Shown piece by piece: positions 27,620 through 37,254 of a DNA stretch of 64,000 nt (the stretch's first letter is position 1; every line of letters starts with the position of its first letter). Origin of the DNA: Patescibacteria group bacterium (GTDB lineage: Bacteria > Patescibacteriota > Patescibacteriia > SG8-24 > DYFX01); contig CP129476.1 in the NCBI GenBank assembly GCA_030583805.1, positions 818,497-882,496 on the forward strand, written 5' to 3'. The notes under the pieces were generated by a model that searched no databases, was not told where the DNA came from, and worked only from the letters and a program-made list of their open reading frames with translations. The translations under genes and the position numbers were made by a program.

Positions 27620-28767
27620 AAGACTACAACGCCGCTTCGCTTGAACTGCACGAAAAACATCAGGGCAAACTGAACGTCACGAGCGTCGTGCCGGTCGAGG
27701 ATCGCGAAATGCTTTCGACGATCTACACGCCCGGCGTGGCCGCGCCGTGCCTCGCGATCGCTAAGGATCCTTCGCTTGCGAAGAAGCTCACCATCAAAGG
27801 GCGCACCGTCGCGGTCGTGACGGACGGCACGGCCGTGCTCGGTTTGGGCGACATCGGCCCGCTCGCCGCGATGCCCGTCATGGAAGGCAAGGCGATTCTT
27901 TTCAAAGAGTTCGCGGGACTGAACGCGTTTCCGATCGCGCTCGCGACAAAAGACGTCGAGGAGATCGTGGAAACGGTGAAGCGCCTCGCGCCGACCTTCG
28001 GCGGCATCAACCTTGAAGATATTTCCGCCCCGCGCTGTTTTGAAATCGAGCGCCGCCTGACGGAAGAGCTCGATATTCCGGTATTCCATGACGATCAGCA
28101 CGGCACCGCGATCGTCGTCTTGGCCGGCTTGATCAACGCCTGCAAAGCGCTTGGACGCGATGTGAAAACGGCGAAGGCCGTCTTCTCCGGCGCGGGCGCG
28201 GCTGGCGTTGCCGTCGCGAAGCTCTTGCATGCCTACGGCGCGACGGACATCACGCTGTGCGATTCGAAAGGCGTCATCGGAAAAGACCGCGCTGATCTGG
28301 ACGCGTCCAAATCTGCGCTGCTCGCTTGGTCGAATCCGCGCGGACTCTCCGGCGGCCTTGCGGACGCGCTTCAGGGTGCGGACATTTTCATCGGCTTGTC
28401 GAAGGGCGGACTCGTCACGTCGGAGATGGTGCGGAGCATGGCGTCCAAGCCGATTATCTTCGCGATGGCCAACCCGACGCCGGAAATCATGCCGGACGAG
28501 GCCAAGGCGGGAGGCGCGGGCGTCGTCGCGACGGGCCGTTCCGATTTTCCAAACCAGATCAACAATCTCCTGGCATTCCCCGGCGTCTTCCGCGGCGTCT
28601 TCGACGCTGGCGCGCTGAAAATCACTGAAAAGATGAAGCTTGCGGCTGCCGAGGCGCTTGCGGCGCTTGTGGCTGAACCGACAGCCGAACGCATTATTCC
28701 CGACGCGCTCGACAAAAGCGCGACCGCAGCCGTCGCGGCAGCCGTTTCCCGCGCCGCCGCCGAGTAG
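27616..28767 (+). CDS. maeA: NAD(P)-dependent malic enzyme (short form).
   Basis: Start ATG overlaps the EVE stop (ATGA). YTPGVA ... VVTDGTAVLGLGDIG ... NPTPEI motifs. Confidence 0.85.
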   Translation: MKDYNAASLELHEKHQGKLNVTSVVPVEDREMLSTIYTPGVAAPCLAIAKDPSLAKKLTIKGRTVAVVTDGTAVLGLGDIGPLAAMPVMEGKAILFKEFAGLNAFPIALATKDVEEIVETVKRLAPTFGGINLEDISAPRCFEIERRLTEELDIPVFHDDQHGTAIVVLAGLINACKALGRDVKTAKAVFSGAGAAGVAVAKLLHAYGATDITLCDSKGVIGKDRADLDASKSALLAWSNPRGLSGGLADALQGADIFIGLSKGGLVTSEMVRSMASKPIIFAMANPTPEIMPDEAKAGGAGVVATGRSDFPNQINNLLAFPGVFRGVFDAGALKITEKMKLAAAEALAALVAEPTAERIIPDALDKSATAAVAAAVSRAAAE

Positions 28768-28781
28768 GATAGAATGTCGGC

Positions 28782-29690
28782 ATGATCGCCGTCATGCGCA
28801 AATACGCACTCATCGTCCTCTTCGCCTTGATGGTGTATTTCGGGTATAAGCCCGTCAAAGAAGTCGTGCTCGGTTTTCGCGGGGTGTCGTATACCGCCGG
28901 CGTCCTGAGCTGCGATTTCGAAGGACGCGCCTACGGCGAAAGCGAGCAGCGTCAGGCTGATGACGGCTGCAATGTATGCACCTGCGGCACGATGGGTTGG
29001 AGCTGCACGAATATTGCTTGCGCCAAGGGTGCTGGAACCGGGACGATTTCAGGTCGCCTCGCGGCGCCGGAAGGCGAGCGTATCCCGGCGCAGCGCGTGT
29101 GCGCCGTGAACATGCTCACGCCCGACCTGGAGTACTGCCAGCAAACCACGGACGGCACGAAGGAGTACGTGCTTGCCGCCAAGCCAGGCGACTACTGGGT
29201 CTATGCGACGCGCGTGCATGACGAGAGCGGCAAGAGGGCGTATTGGTCGGAGCACGTGACATGCGGCGGCGGAGACGCGTGCAAGGATCATTCGCCCATT
29301 CTCGTGCGCCTCGGGGCGGGCGAAGTTCGCCAAGCGGATCCGACGGACTGGCGCGCGAACGTGCAGATCGATCTCCTGAACGCCACGCCCTCGAAATGGG
29401 AGTACTCGACGCACAACTATTACCCCGGCTCCGTCTTCATGGTGAAAGGGCGGGGACTCGCGCAGGTACGCGTCATGGCCACGGAGTATCCGCAGAATCC
29501 CGACGCGTCGCCGTATGAACTGGGACTCGCGCAGCTCGCCAGCGAACAAAACGGCATCCAGACGTGGACGCTGGAGATCCCGCAAGGGTTTCAAGCCTGG
29601 ACGGTCTACGCCATCGGCACGGATACCGAAGGGCAGCTGACGCAAAGCCATACGCTCAGAATCGTCCGACCGATCGAAACGACGTTATAA
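28782..29690 (+). CDS. Hypothetical membrane-anchored, Cys-containing secreted protein.
   Basis: N-terminal TM; CNVCTCGTMGWSCTNIAC cluster. Confidence 0.45.
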   Translation: MIAVMRKYALIVLFALMVYFGYKPVKEVVLGFRGVSYTAGVLSCDFEGRAYGESEQRQADDGCNVCTCGTMGWSCTNIACAKGAGTGTISGRLAAPEGERIPAQRVCAVNMLTPDLEYCQQTTDGTKEYVLAAKPGDYWVYATRVHDESGKRAYWSEHVTCGGGDACKDHSPILVRLGAGEVRQADPTDWRANVQIDLLNATPSKWEYSTHNYYPGSVFMVKGRGLAQVRVMATEYPQNPDASPYELGLAQLASEQNGIQTWTLEIPQGFQAWTVYAIGTDTEGQLTQSHTLRIVRPIETTL

Positions 29691-29725
29691 AAAACGCGGG
29701 CTAGAGCGCTCGCGTTTTTTGCATT
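29689..29725. terminator. Bidirectional terminator between convergent genes.
   Basis: aaaaaacgcgggctagagcgctcgcgtttttt. Confidence 0.45.
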
Positions 29726-30846
29726 TCGGTTCTGACGTGGGTCATGATTTCCTGTTCGGCCTCAGCCGGCGTCTTGCCCTTCAAGAAACAGCGCGACTGC
29801 GTGTGCCCGCCCTCGCCTTCCCAGCGCGCGGTCAGCGCGTCGGCGTCGCGGCGGATGTCGCTCCGGACCAGGCAGCAGACGCGACCGTCCTCGCGCTCGT
29901 GGATCAGGACGACGGTTTCGGCGTCGGGGGAGGAGAGGATCAAATCGTCGATGACGTCCGGCAGGGAGGATTCGCTCGCGCCGGCCAGGGCGAAGTCCTG
30001 GCGCGTCAGCACGGTCGAGACGAGCTTGAGCGTGGAATCGAATTTCAGGCGGGCGAGCGCGCGTCCCCACAGGCGCAGGACGGGGATCGTCTTGGTGCGG
30101 TACAGGCTTGAGACGATCGCTTCCCGCTTGGCGCCGGCGGCGACGAGTTCGGAAGCGGCGGTGAGTGTTTGCGGCGTGATCGCGCCGGACTTGAAACTGC
30201 GCGTCTTGGCGACGATGCCGGTCAGGAGGGCGGTGGCAAGTTCGGCGTCGATCGGGCGTTCGAGCTCGCGGAGCAGGCGATAGACGACCTCGCTGGTCGA
30301 AGCGGCCGTCGATTCCACGCTGTTGATTTGGCCGTAGCGTTCGTTGGCGATCGAGTGATCGATGTTCAAAATCGGCGTGCGGAAGAAAAAATCAGCGGCC
30401 ACGTCGCGCACCGCGCCGAGCGAGGCGAGGTCGGGCGTATCGACCGCGATGATCAGGTCGTGGCGGTATTCCGTCGTGCCGGTGCTGACGTGTTCCGCTT
30501 CGAGCGAGCCGTTCTTCGGCGTGAGGTAGATGTGCAAAAAGCCGTCCTTGGTTTCGTACGAGAGCTCGCCGACGCGGCTTTTCTGCGTGTCGACGGAAAT
30601 GACGAAGGTGCGCAGCGCCGAGATTTCCGGACGCACGCGCTTGAGCTGGGGAAGAAAATCGAGGTGGTCGGGAGCGGTAAAGCCGTCGCAGACGATTTCG
30701 CACTTCTTGCCGGCGCTTTCGAGGCCGACGGCCAGCGCCACGGCCGAAGCGGCCGTGTCGGGGTTCCAGTCCCTGCGGAACACGATGAGTGGGCGTTCGG
30801 ATGTCCGAAGCTGTTCAAGCACCTGTTGTCGTTCCGTAAGCGCCAT
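29701..30846 (-). CDS. DHH/DHHA1 phosphoesterase (NrnA-like), divergent paralog.
   Basis: Start at MALTERQQ; DHH-like ILNIDHS; DHHA1 region with GEGGGHTQS. Confidence 0.65.
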   Translation of the reverse strand: MALTERQQVLEQLRTSERPLIVFRRDWNPDTAASAVALAVGLESAGKKCEIVCDGFTAPDHLDFLPQLKRVRPEISALRTFVISVDTQKSRVGELSYETKDGFLHIYLTPKNGSLEAEHVSTGTTEYRHDLIIAVDTPDLASLGAVRDVAADFFFRTPILNIDHSIANERYGQINSVESTAASTSEVVYRLLRELERPIDAELATALLTGIVAKTRSFKSGAITPQTLTAASELVAAGAKREAIVSSLYRTKTIPVLRLWGRALARLKFDSTLKLVSTVLTRQDFALAGASESSLPDVIDDLILSSPDAETVVLIHEREDGRVCCLVRSDIRRDADALTARWEGEGGHTQSRCFLKGKTPAEAEQEIMTHVRTEMQKTRAL

Positions 30847-30939
30847 GCCGCAGTATTCGAGATAAGACGCCACCTTAACGCGGCTGCCTGGGAGCGTCAA
30901 GAAACGAGGGGGGAACAAAAAAAGAAGGGTCAAACCCTT

Positions 30940-31665
30940 CTAGCGATCCTTGCCCTTGTGGGACGTGAACGCGGCTGCGTCGATCAGGCTGGGGCAGATA
31001 CCCTGCGCGTCGCCCTTCATCTCGTCGGTGAGATTCAGGAGCTTGATGATGTTCTCGTTCCGGGGCCCCGGAGCGGCAGGCGTGAGCGCCAACGATCCGT
31101 CGTCGAGGATCGAACGGATCGTAACCTCCATGCCGCGGAAGGTGCCGGCTGATCGCCGCCGCAGCGTCGGATCGTGCGGCGTGACGCCCATCTCGCGCAG
31201 CTTGGTCTGCGCCTTGCCGATGAGCAGCTCGCAAACCTTCTCTTGCCACGGCCATTGGGAGTGATGCCGCAGCTTCGGGAAGAACTCCTGGAGCTTGGTC
31301 TTGTCGATCTTGGTCATCGCCACGTACAGGTCCATGAATGCGCGAGCGGCCGGTCCGGACGTGCGCGTGTGGTTCATGGTTGCGCGGACGTTTTCGAACG
31401 CGTACTGCGCCCTCCAGTACAGGACGGGGTCATGACGCTCGCGCCAGAGGGTGCGACCCATGCGGGCACGCGCCTCGCGCACCTGCGGGTCGGTCGGCGA
31501 GACATGGTCGAGGAAACCTTTCGTCCAGGCGATCTCGATCCACTGAGCGAGCGGCGTGCCGGCTTCGAAGCCGGCGTCATCAAGAGCGATGTTGTAGTTG
31601 CCCATCCAGGCATCGGCGATCGGTCTCAGCGCGTTGCGCTCGGCGAAAGAAAGAACGTTCGTCAT
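30940..31665 (-). CDS. Hypothetical protein.
   Basis: 241-aa ORF; no recognisable domain. Confidence 0.4.
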   Translation of the reverse strand: MTNVLSFAERNALRPIADAWMGNYNIALDDAGFEAGTPLAQWIEIAWTKGFLDHVSPTDPQVREARARMGRTLWRERHDPVLYWRAQYAFENVRATMNHTRTSGPAARAFMDLYVAMTKIDKTKLQEFFPKLRHHSQWPWQEKVCELLIGKAQTKLREMGVTPHDPTLRRRSAGTFRGMEVTIRSILDDGSLALTPAAPGPRNENIIKLLNLTDEMKGDAQGICPSLIDAAAFTSHKGKDR

Positions 31666-31724
31666 CTACTCTCCTGTGATTCGTACGTTGACGGCGCGGA
31701 ACGTATCAAAAAAACGAGCCGGCG

Positions 31725-31877
31725 TCAAGGTTGCGCCGGCGTCGTCTCGTAAGGGGTCGCGTCGAAATCGTTGGCGCAACAGTCGGTAACGGACGGTTCG
31801 GAGAAGTAGAACTCGTCGGCGACGACCCAGCCGATACCCGCGATGACGATCAGGCCGATCAAGAGATATTTGCTCAT
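31725..31877 (-). CDS. Small membrane protein (~50 aa).
   Basis: MSKYLLIGLIVIAGIGWVV, a single TM helix. Confidence 0.3.
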   Translation of the reverse strand: MSKYLLIGLIVIAGIGWVVADEFYFSEPSVTDCCANDFDATPYETTPAQP

Positions 31878-31927
31878 AGTACTGCTGTCGTAACAGTTTT
31901 CAGTGAAAGATGTCAACGATGTCGCCG

Positions 31928-31962
31928 ATAAAAGAGAACTGACCGGCCCGCAGGCCGAACCG
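31928..31962 (-). terminator. Intrinsic terminator after the amidase-domain gene.
   Basis: gaactgaccgg...ccggtcagttc followed by tcttttatc (minus sense). Confidence 0.45.
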
Positions 31963-31963
31963 G

Positions 31964-32731
31964 TCAGTTCTTGATGTGCACGAAGCCCATGGCGCAGGCT
32001 TCACCTAGCGCGATTCGGGAGCCGTTCTTCGCGTTCCAAGGAACGTTCAACGCCTCGTTCGAATGATAGGAGACGAGCGGCTCGCCGCGCTCGTTGAATC
32101 CCGTGACGACCGTCGAGTGGTTGAACAGGTTTTCGTCACAGCGGTAGCCGTTCTCTTCCCTGGGCAGACGGTAGAAGATCAGGTCGCCGAGCTCGAGATC
32201 GCGCGCTCGCCGCCGAAATTCGGCGATGCCGGTTTCGGCCACGAGATAGCTGACCAGGCGGTTGACCTGGCGCCAGCTCTTGCTGCTGCCCGTCGGGATG
32301 CAGCCATAGCGGTACCACCAGCCGCGATCGTCCGATCCGGTGTAGTCCATCGGCACGCCGCCCGCCCAGAGCGTCTGCGAGGCGAAGTTCGTGCAATCCG
32401 CCGGGGTGCCGTCTCGGAGACCGCAGTAGGCGACGCGCGGGTTCGGATTCTTGGCGTACCGAACGGCGTAGTCGCGCGCCTTGATCCGGTCATAGCGGAA
32501 TGTGGCCGCCGTTGCCCGGGAGACTTCATCCTCGGGGTAGGGATTGTCCGGCGCGTCCCGATCCGCTCCGGCCGTTGCACGGTCATCGTCTTGGACGAGA
32601 TCCTCCTCGCTCAAGGCCTGGGGGATGGGGTCGTCCTCGGCCCCGCAACCTGCCGATACCAGGAAAAGAACAAGACACCATTCTTTCGAGAGCTTCTTCA
32701 CGTCGATCTCCTCTTTGCAGCGCCGGCTCAT
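31964..32731 (-). CDS. Lipoprotein with a putative amidase domain (NlpC/P60-like Cys/His).
   Basis: Lipobox LVSAGC; CTNFASQTLWAGG ... HSTVVTGF resembles the Pfam Amidase_6-type motif. Confidence 0.55.
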   Translation of the reverse strand: MSRRCKEEIDVKKLSKEWCLVLFLVSAGCGAEDDPIPQALSEEDLVQDDDRATAGADRDAPDNPYPEDEVSRATAATFRYDRIKARDYAVRYAKNPNPRVAYCGLRDGTPADCTNFASQTLWAGGVPMDYTGSDDRGWWYRYGCIPTGSSKSWRQVNRLVSYLVAETGIAEFRRRARDLELGDLIFYRLPREENGYRCDENLFNHSTVVTGFNERGEPLVSYHSNEALNVPWNAKNGSRIALGEACAMGFVHIKN

Positions 32732-32785
32732 GCCGGCAGACGGGTTCTAGCAAACCCCTCTAAAATGTGTCAAGAGGCTGACACA

Positions 32786-32811
32786 TTTATCCGTCTTGAT
32801 GCCCGAAAAAA
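32786..32811. promoter_or_regulatory. Perfect 10-bp inverted repeat overlapping the -35 of the amidase-lipoprotein promoter (candidate operator).
   Basis: aaatgtgtca-agaggc-tgacacattt. Minus-sense TTGACA, about 18 nt, then TAGAAC. Confidence 0.35.
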
Positions 32812-32860
32812 GGGTAAACAAAGACTCCCTCGGCGCGGGGCCGGGGGAGTCATTTTGCGT

Positions 32861-33199
32861 TTACAGTTGCAGATCGACGGCGGAGGTGTCGATATCCTCG
32901 CGCGCGACCGGCTGTTCTCCGTTGCCGGCGCTGTGCGCGCGGCGGGAGCCTTCCGGTTCGTAGATCTTCAAGTTGACGCGGGCGTTGTTCTTGGCGCCGA
33001 CGATCTTGAGCAGGGTGCGGATCGAGCGCGCGGTCTGGCCCTGGCGGCCGATGACGTAGCCCATGTCCGCCGGATTGACCTTCAGCGTGATCAAGACGCC
33101 GCGCTCGTCGATGGTGCGCTCCGTCTCGACGTCCTCCGGATGTCCGACAATGCCCTTCACGACGTACTCCACGAACTCCTGGTCCATCTCTCTTGCCAT
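32861..33199 (-). CDS. KH-domain RNA-binding protein (UPF0109/YlqC-like).
   Basis: VIGRQGQTARSIRTLLKIVG, the GXXG-type KH core. Confidence 0.7.
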   Translation of the reverse strand: MAREMDQEFVEYVVKGIVGHPEDVETERTIDERGVLITLKVNPADMGYVIGRQGQTARSIRTLLKIVGAKNNARVNLKIYEPEGSRRAHSAGNGEQPVAREDIDTSAVDLQL

Positions 33200-33291
33200 A
33201 CCTTCAGTATGCGGTGATTAGCAGGTTCAGTTGGCGACCGCCGACCTCCATCGGTCTCCGTCCACAGCATAGCAAAGAAAAAAGACCCGGT

Positions 33292-33849
33292 TCAAGGGGC
33301 CTTGTCGGGATCTCTGATGTAGTCAATCGCGCCCTGTCGCAGATGGATCAGACCCACGCGCTTCGACCGGAGGCTGTCGATGACACGCTTGTCGACGCCG
33401 GGGTTCGCTTCCGCGACCGCCGCCATCTCGTTCCAGGCCATGATCTCTCCGTTGAGCGCCCACCCCTGGTTGAGCGCGCGCTCCTCCCTCGCGGCCGCAG
33501 CCGCGAGCTCGGGCGTCACCTTCGACTCGCGGAAGGCGCGGATGTCGCCGACGACGGCGCGTCCGACCGCCCAGGTACAGAATGAGAGAACGATCGAGAC
33601 GACCAGGAGGCATCCGAGCGACCAGAGCGGAAACCACGGCACGTGCATCGAGAGGAGGACGAGCAGGAGCCAGCACATCCCGGTGAACGGCGCGGCGGAG
33701 AGGAGGAGCAGTGAGTTCACTGCGGCCGAGCTGAGCGCCATCCGGCGTTCTTTCAGCTTTGCGTCGCGTTCGAGGCACCTGTCCTTCGGGAAGTTCTGCG
33801 TCGGAACGGGCTTGATGCGCGGAAGCGGGCAAAGGGCGACGGTCTCCAT
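33292..33849 (-). CDS. Hypothetical membrane protein.
   Basis: Two or three TM helices in the central region. Confidence 0.4.
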   Translation of the reverse strand: METVALCPLPRIKPVPTQNFPKDRCLERDAKLKERRMALSSAAVNSLLLLSAAPFTGMCWLLLVLLSMHVPWFPLWSLGCLLVVSIVLSFCTWAVGRAVVGDIRAFRESKVTPELAAAAAREERALNQGWALNGEIMAWNEMAAVAEANPGVDKRVIDSLRSKRVGLIHLRQGAIDYIRDPDKAP

Positions 33850-33914
33850 GCGGAACTCCTAGCTGGAGGTTGGGTCTGGAACCAGCGTAGGCTGATTTGT
33901 TTCTTGGCGTCAAC

Positions 33915-33940
33915 ACAAAACGTCCCTTGCGGGACGTTGT
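33915..33940 (-). terminator. Intrinsic terminator after rpsP.
   Basis: aacgtccc-gcaa-gggacgtt followed by ttgtgtt (minus sense). Confidence 0.4.
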
Positions 33941-33946
33941 TGCGGC

Positions 33947-34240
33947 TTACTTGGCTTCGGCTTCGACTTTGTGGGTCGGGTGAGCCTTCACCTTTTCAGA
34001 CTCGATCGCTTTGAGGTCGATCAGCATGTTGTGGACGGTCGCGGACGGCTGAGCGCCCTTGGACATCCAGTATTTGATGCGGTCGATGTTGAAGTCGATC
34101 TTGCGCGGCTTGGAGAGCGGGTCGTACGTGCCGAGCTGTTCGAGCACCTTGCCCCACGGGTCGCGGGTCTTTTCGGTGACGATCAGGCGGTAGGACGGCA
34201 TCTTCTTCTTGCCGACGCGGGACAGGCGGATGGAGAGCAT
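33947..34240 (-). CDS. rpsP: 30S ribosomal protein S16.
   Basis: MLSIRLSRVGKKKMPSYRLIVTEK... Confidence 0.95.
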   Translation of the reverse strand: MLSIRLSRVGKKKMPSYRLIVTEKTRDPWGKVLEQLGTYDPLSKPRKIDFNIDRIKYWMSKGAQPSATVHNMLIDLKAIESEKVKAHPTHKVEAEAK

Positions 34241-34405
34241 TGCGTATGAGATAAAGCGTATGAGAAACGCGGGGTGAGAGCTTCCCGCGGTTCTGCAGCG
34301 CGAACGGGGGTACTATAGGGGAGATCGGCGCGGGCGTCAAGGCGGGCGTCTTGACGAGCCTAAAATTTCGTGAGAACAATGCGGTGCACCTAAAAGGAGA
34401 GCACA

Positions 34406-35005
34406 TTGACGCAAGATCACCGCACGACGGCCGGACCCGACGCATCGCCGCTGGCGCGGCGGCTGCGCGAAGCGGGCTTCATCGTGAACGCTCGTTGTGA
34501 GCGACCGACGCTCGAACGCCTCGGCGAGCTGCACTTGCATCGAGAAGATGCTTGCGCGACGGCCTATTGCGTCGCCTGCGTGAAGCCGCTCTGCGCGCTC
34601 AGCGAGATCATTCCGAACGATCCTGAATGCGAGGGCGACAGCGAAGTCGAGGTCAACGACCTCTGCCTCGTCTGCGAATACTGCGGCGTCATCTACAGCG
34701 ATCAGATGCTGCAGAGCGAGAGCGGCGTCCTGAGCTACCTCATCGTCGAAGGGGCGAATCTCCTCGAGGAGCTCCGGCTGTTCGACGGCGTGCCGGCGGA
34801 AGACTTCGCGCACGTGGCGATCGCTCGCGTGCTGGACGAGCGTGAGGCTCGGCTGAAGCGCGGACTCGAAGCGATCGCCGAGCAGCGGGGCAAGCTCGCC
34901 AAGGGCGAGTATCCCAAGCCGTCCGCCGCCAAGAAGAGAGGGGTTCTCAAGCTCGTCGCAGACGATTCCGCGACGGAACCGGATCCCGGACCGAACGCCG
35001 CCTGA
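34406..35005 (+). CDS. Cys-rich hypothetical protein.
   Basis: CVACVKPLC ... CLVCEYCG. Confidence 0.45.
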   Translation: MTQDHRTTAGPDASPLARRLREAGFIVNARCERPTLERLGELHLHREDACATAYCVACVKPLCALSEIIPNDPECEGDSEVEVNDLCLVCEYCGVIYSDQMLQSESGVLSYLIVEGANLLEELRLFDGVPAEDFAHVAIARVLDEREARLKRGLEAIAEQRGKLAKGEYPKPSAAKKRGVLKLVADDSATEPDPGPNAA

Positions 35006-35109
35006 CCGACCGAAGCCTTTGCGCGCGGTCGGATTTTTTATCCGATACATCTTGACGCGCGCGTTTTTTAGGTGTACACGTGTCGTATCTCGCCACCGCG
35101 AGGAGGACA

Positions 35110-35329
35110 TGTGCCACATATCGCTTGGCTGATCGCGATCGGCCTCATCGGAGGCATCGCGCTGATCCTGATACTTCGCGGCTTGTCGCGCCGACGCGCG
35201 CGCCTGCACCGCGAGCGCGAGGAACGTTTCAAGAGCTACGAGCGTCCGCTTCCCAATCCGTTCGGCTTCACGTCTTCGTCCGAAGAGGATGACGTCGTCC
35301 TTCTCGTGAAAAAGAAGGAGACGCCATGA
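35110..35329 (+). CDS. Small membrane protein (GTG start, 73 aa).
   Basis: RBS aggagga 5 nt upstream of GTG; TM IAWLIAIGLIGGIALILIL. Confidence 0.4.
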
Positions 35330-35469
35330 GCGGCACGGCGTCCTTGGAATCGCAACTCACGCAGATCGGTTACGGCATCATCGCCGGCCTCGTGATCGTT
35401 GTCGCGGTCATCATCTGGATCGCGATGCGCGACGCGCGCCCGCGCAAGGACGACAAGGAGGAGCGATAA
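35326..35469 (+). CDS. Micro-ORF membrane protein (47 aa); overlaps both neighbours.
   Basis: MSGTASLESQLTQIGYGIIAGLVIVVAVIIWIAMRDARPRKDDKEER; below the ORF-track cutoff. Confidence 0.35.
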   Translation: MSGTASLESQLTQIGYGIIAGLVIVVAVIIWIAMRDARPRKDDKEER

Positions 35470-35837
35470 TGTACGCGCTGTTCATTCCCATCGTCGGACT
35501 TCTCGCTGCCTTCGGCCTGCTTGGTCTTTGGATCCGGTTCATCACCAGGCCGCGCAAGGCGCTGCTCTCCGGCGGCACGTTTCCGCTGCTTGCCGCCGCT
35601 ACCACGGAGACTGAACGGCGTCTCGATGCGCAGGATCGCAGTGAGGCGGCGAAGGACAAGGCCGAGCGGCTCAAGCAGCTCCATGACGAGCATGAGCAAC
35701 TTCGCGTGCAGCTTGCCGCAAACGAGCTGGAAACCATGCGTCTCGACCACGAACTCAACCCGCGCACGGAACGCGACGCTTATCGTGACCGGCATCTCTT
35801 GCCGGACGTGGGCGTCCCCGAAGACAAGTCTCCGTAA
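35469..35837 (+). CDS. Small membrane / coiled-coil protein (122 aa).
   Basis: N-terminal TM plus a charged coiled-coil; the start overlaps the previous stop (TAATG). Confidence 0.4.
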   Translation: MYALFIPIVGLLAAFGLLGLWIRFITRPRKALLSGGTFPLLAAATTETERRLDAQDRSEAAKDKAERLKQLHDEHEQLRVQLAANELETMRLDHELNPRTERDAYRDRHLLPDVGVPEDKSP

Positions 35838-35942
35838 ACCCCGAAGTGACATCGGGTTTTTTTAATCGTCATCTCTACATTGACACACGGGTTCGTACCG
35901 GGTACGTTTCCGTCTCCGCGCCGTGCGCGGAAGGAGGGTTCG

Positions 35943-36620
35943 ATGGAGATCATGGTCGTCGTTCTTTACGTTCTCGTGGGCTTGATGATCCTGTTCTGGG
36001 GTTCGCGCGTCGGTCCGCAAGGACTGCGCATCACGTTCTTCGGACTCTTCACGTTCTACGAAGCGAATCCGCTCAAGCTCTGGAACACGCGAGAGCTGCG
36101 GGAGCTGATCCGCAAGGAGGTGCTGGAGATGTTTCCGTCGAAGGAAGGCGAAGATGAAGAGGAGGATGATGATGAGGCTCCATTCGACGGGCGCGATCTC
36201 TGGGATCGGCTCAAGGCATCAGGCTTCACCGTCCTCACAGAAGAGAGGGATCCGCGCGCCGGCGACATCGGCCTGATCGATTACTGGTTCAATCACAAGA
36301 AGTCCTGCAGCTATTGCGACGGCCAGGTGGCCTGGGTGTGGGAGGTATGCGCCTCCCCGAACCACAAGTCCGGCCAGGTCATGCGCGCCTTCAGTAATCC
36401 AATCGGCCTCGTCTGCACGAGATGCGGATCCTGCGATGAGGACAAGGATGATCCGATGCAGTCGTGCGGCGTGATCGGTCCGGTCATGGAACCGGGAACG
36501 AACTTCTTCGACGTCCTCGAGCACTTCGAGAAGCTGCGGAATCCGCAGGCCGAAGCGGAACCGAACGCCGAGGCGGCACAGCCCGCAACCGCCATCGTCA
36601 CGGGCGAGGCGACGATCTGA
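35943..36620 (+). CDS. Membrane-anchored Cys-rich hypothetical protein.
   Basis: Starts at MEIMVVVLYV; acidic linker; CSYCDG ... CTRCGSCDED ... C cluster. Confidence 0.45.
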   Translation: MEIMVVVLYVLVGLMILFWGSRVGPQGLRITFFGLFTFYEANPLKLWNTRELRELIRKEVLEMFPSKEGEDEEEDDDEAPFDGRDLWDRLKASGFTVLTEERDPRAGDIGLIDYWFNHKKSCSYCDGQVAWVWEVCASPNHKSGQVMRAFSNPIGLVCTRCGSCDEDKDDPMQSCGVIGPVMEPGTNFFDVLEHFEKLRNPQAEAEPNAEAAQPATAIVTGEATI

Positions 36621-36723
36621 ACGTACAGACGACCCTGCGAGGTCGTCGTTTTTTTATCTTGACAAAAAGCCTTTTTTCGGGCATGGTGCGGCCATTACAC
36701 GCACCTTCGCAGAAAGGACTACC

Positions 36724-37158
36724 GTGCCTACCGCACACACGACCGCCCGAGTTCTCGTCATCGCCGTTCCGATGCTCGCCATGGCCTGGCTCGCGTACCG
36801 GAAGTTCTGGCCGCGCGACCCGATGCGCGTCGTCGCCAAGCGGCTCAAGGCCGTCGGCTTCGGCGAATGGATGGGGCCCGACCCGTGGGAAAAGTATGCG
36901 GCGACCCACGACAGCGCAAGCTTCACCGTTCGAAAGGAGCGGTGCTCCGCCTGCGGAGGCCGCACCTTCTCGCTCCGCCGGTACAGTGAGGAAAAGGACG
37001 AGGATGGGTATCCGCACACCTACGTACAGCTCTTCGGGACCGCCTGCCCGCACTGCCGTCGCCTCGAGAAGTATGGAGAGAATCCCGTTCCACAACGTCT
37101 TCGCGATGCCTGGATGCAGGCCGCCGATCTGGACGACTTCCTCGACCGCGCCGCCTGA
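36724..37158 (+). CDS. Zinc-ribbon hypothetical protein.
   Basis: CSACGG ... CPHCRR. Confidence 0.45.
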   Translation: MPTAHTTARVLVIAVPMLAMAWLAYRKFWPRDPMRVVAKRLKAVGFGEWMGPDPWEKYAATHDSASFTVRKERCSACGGRTFSLRRYSEEKDEDGYPHTYVQLFGTACPHCRRLEKYGENPVPQRLRDAWMQAADLDDFLDRAA

Positions 37159-37254
37159 CCGTATCTTCCAAGACGACCTTCCGGGTCGTCGTTTTATATT
37201 GACAAGAAGATGAAATACGCGTACGTTTGCCCGTCCGAGACAGGAGGTCTTTCT

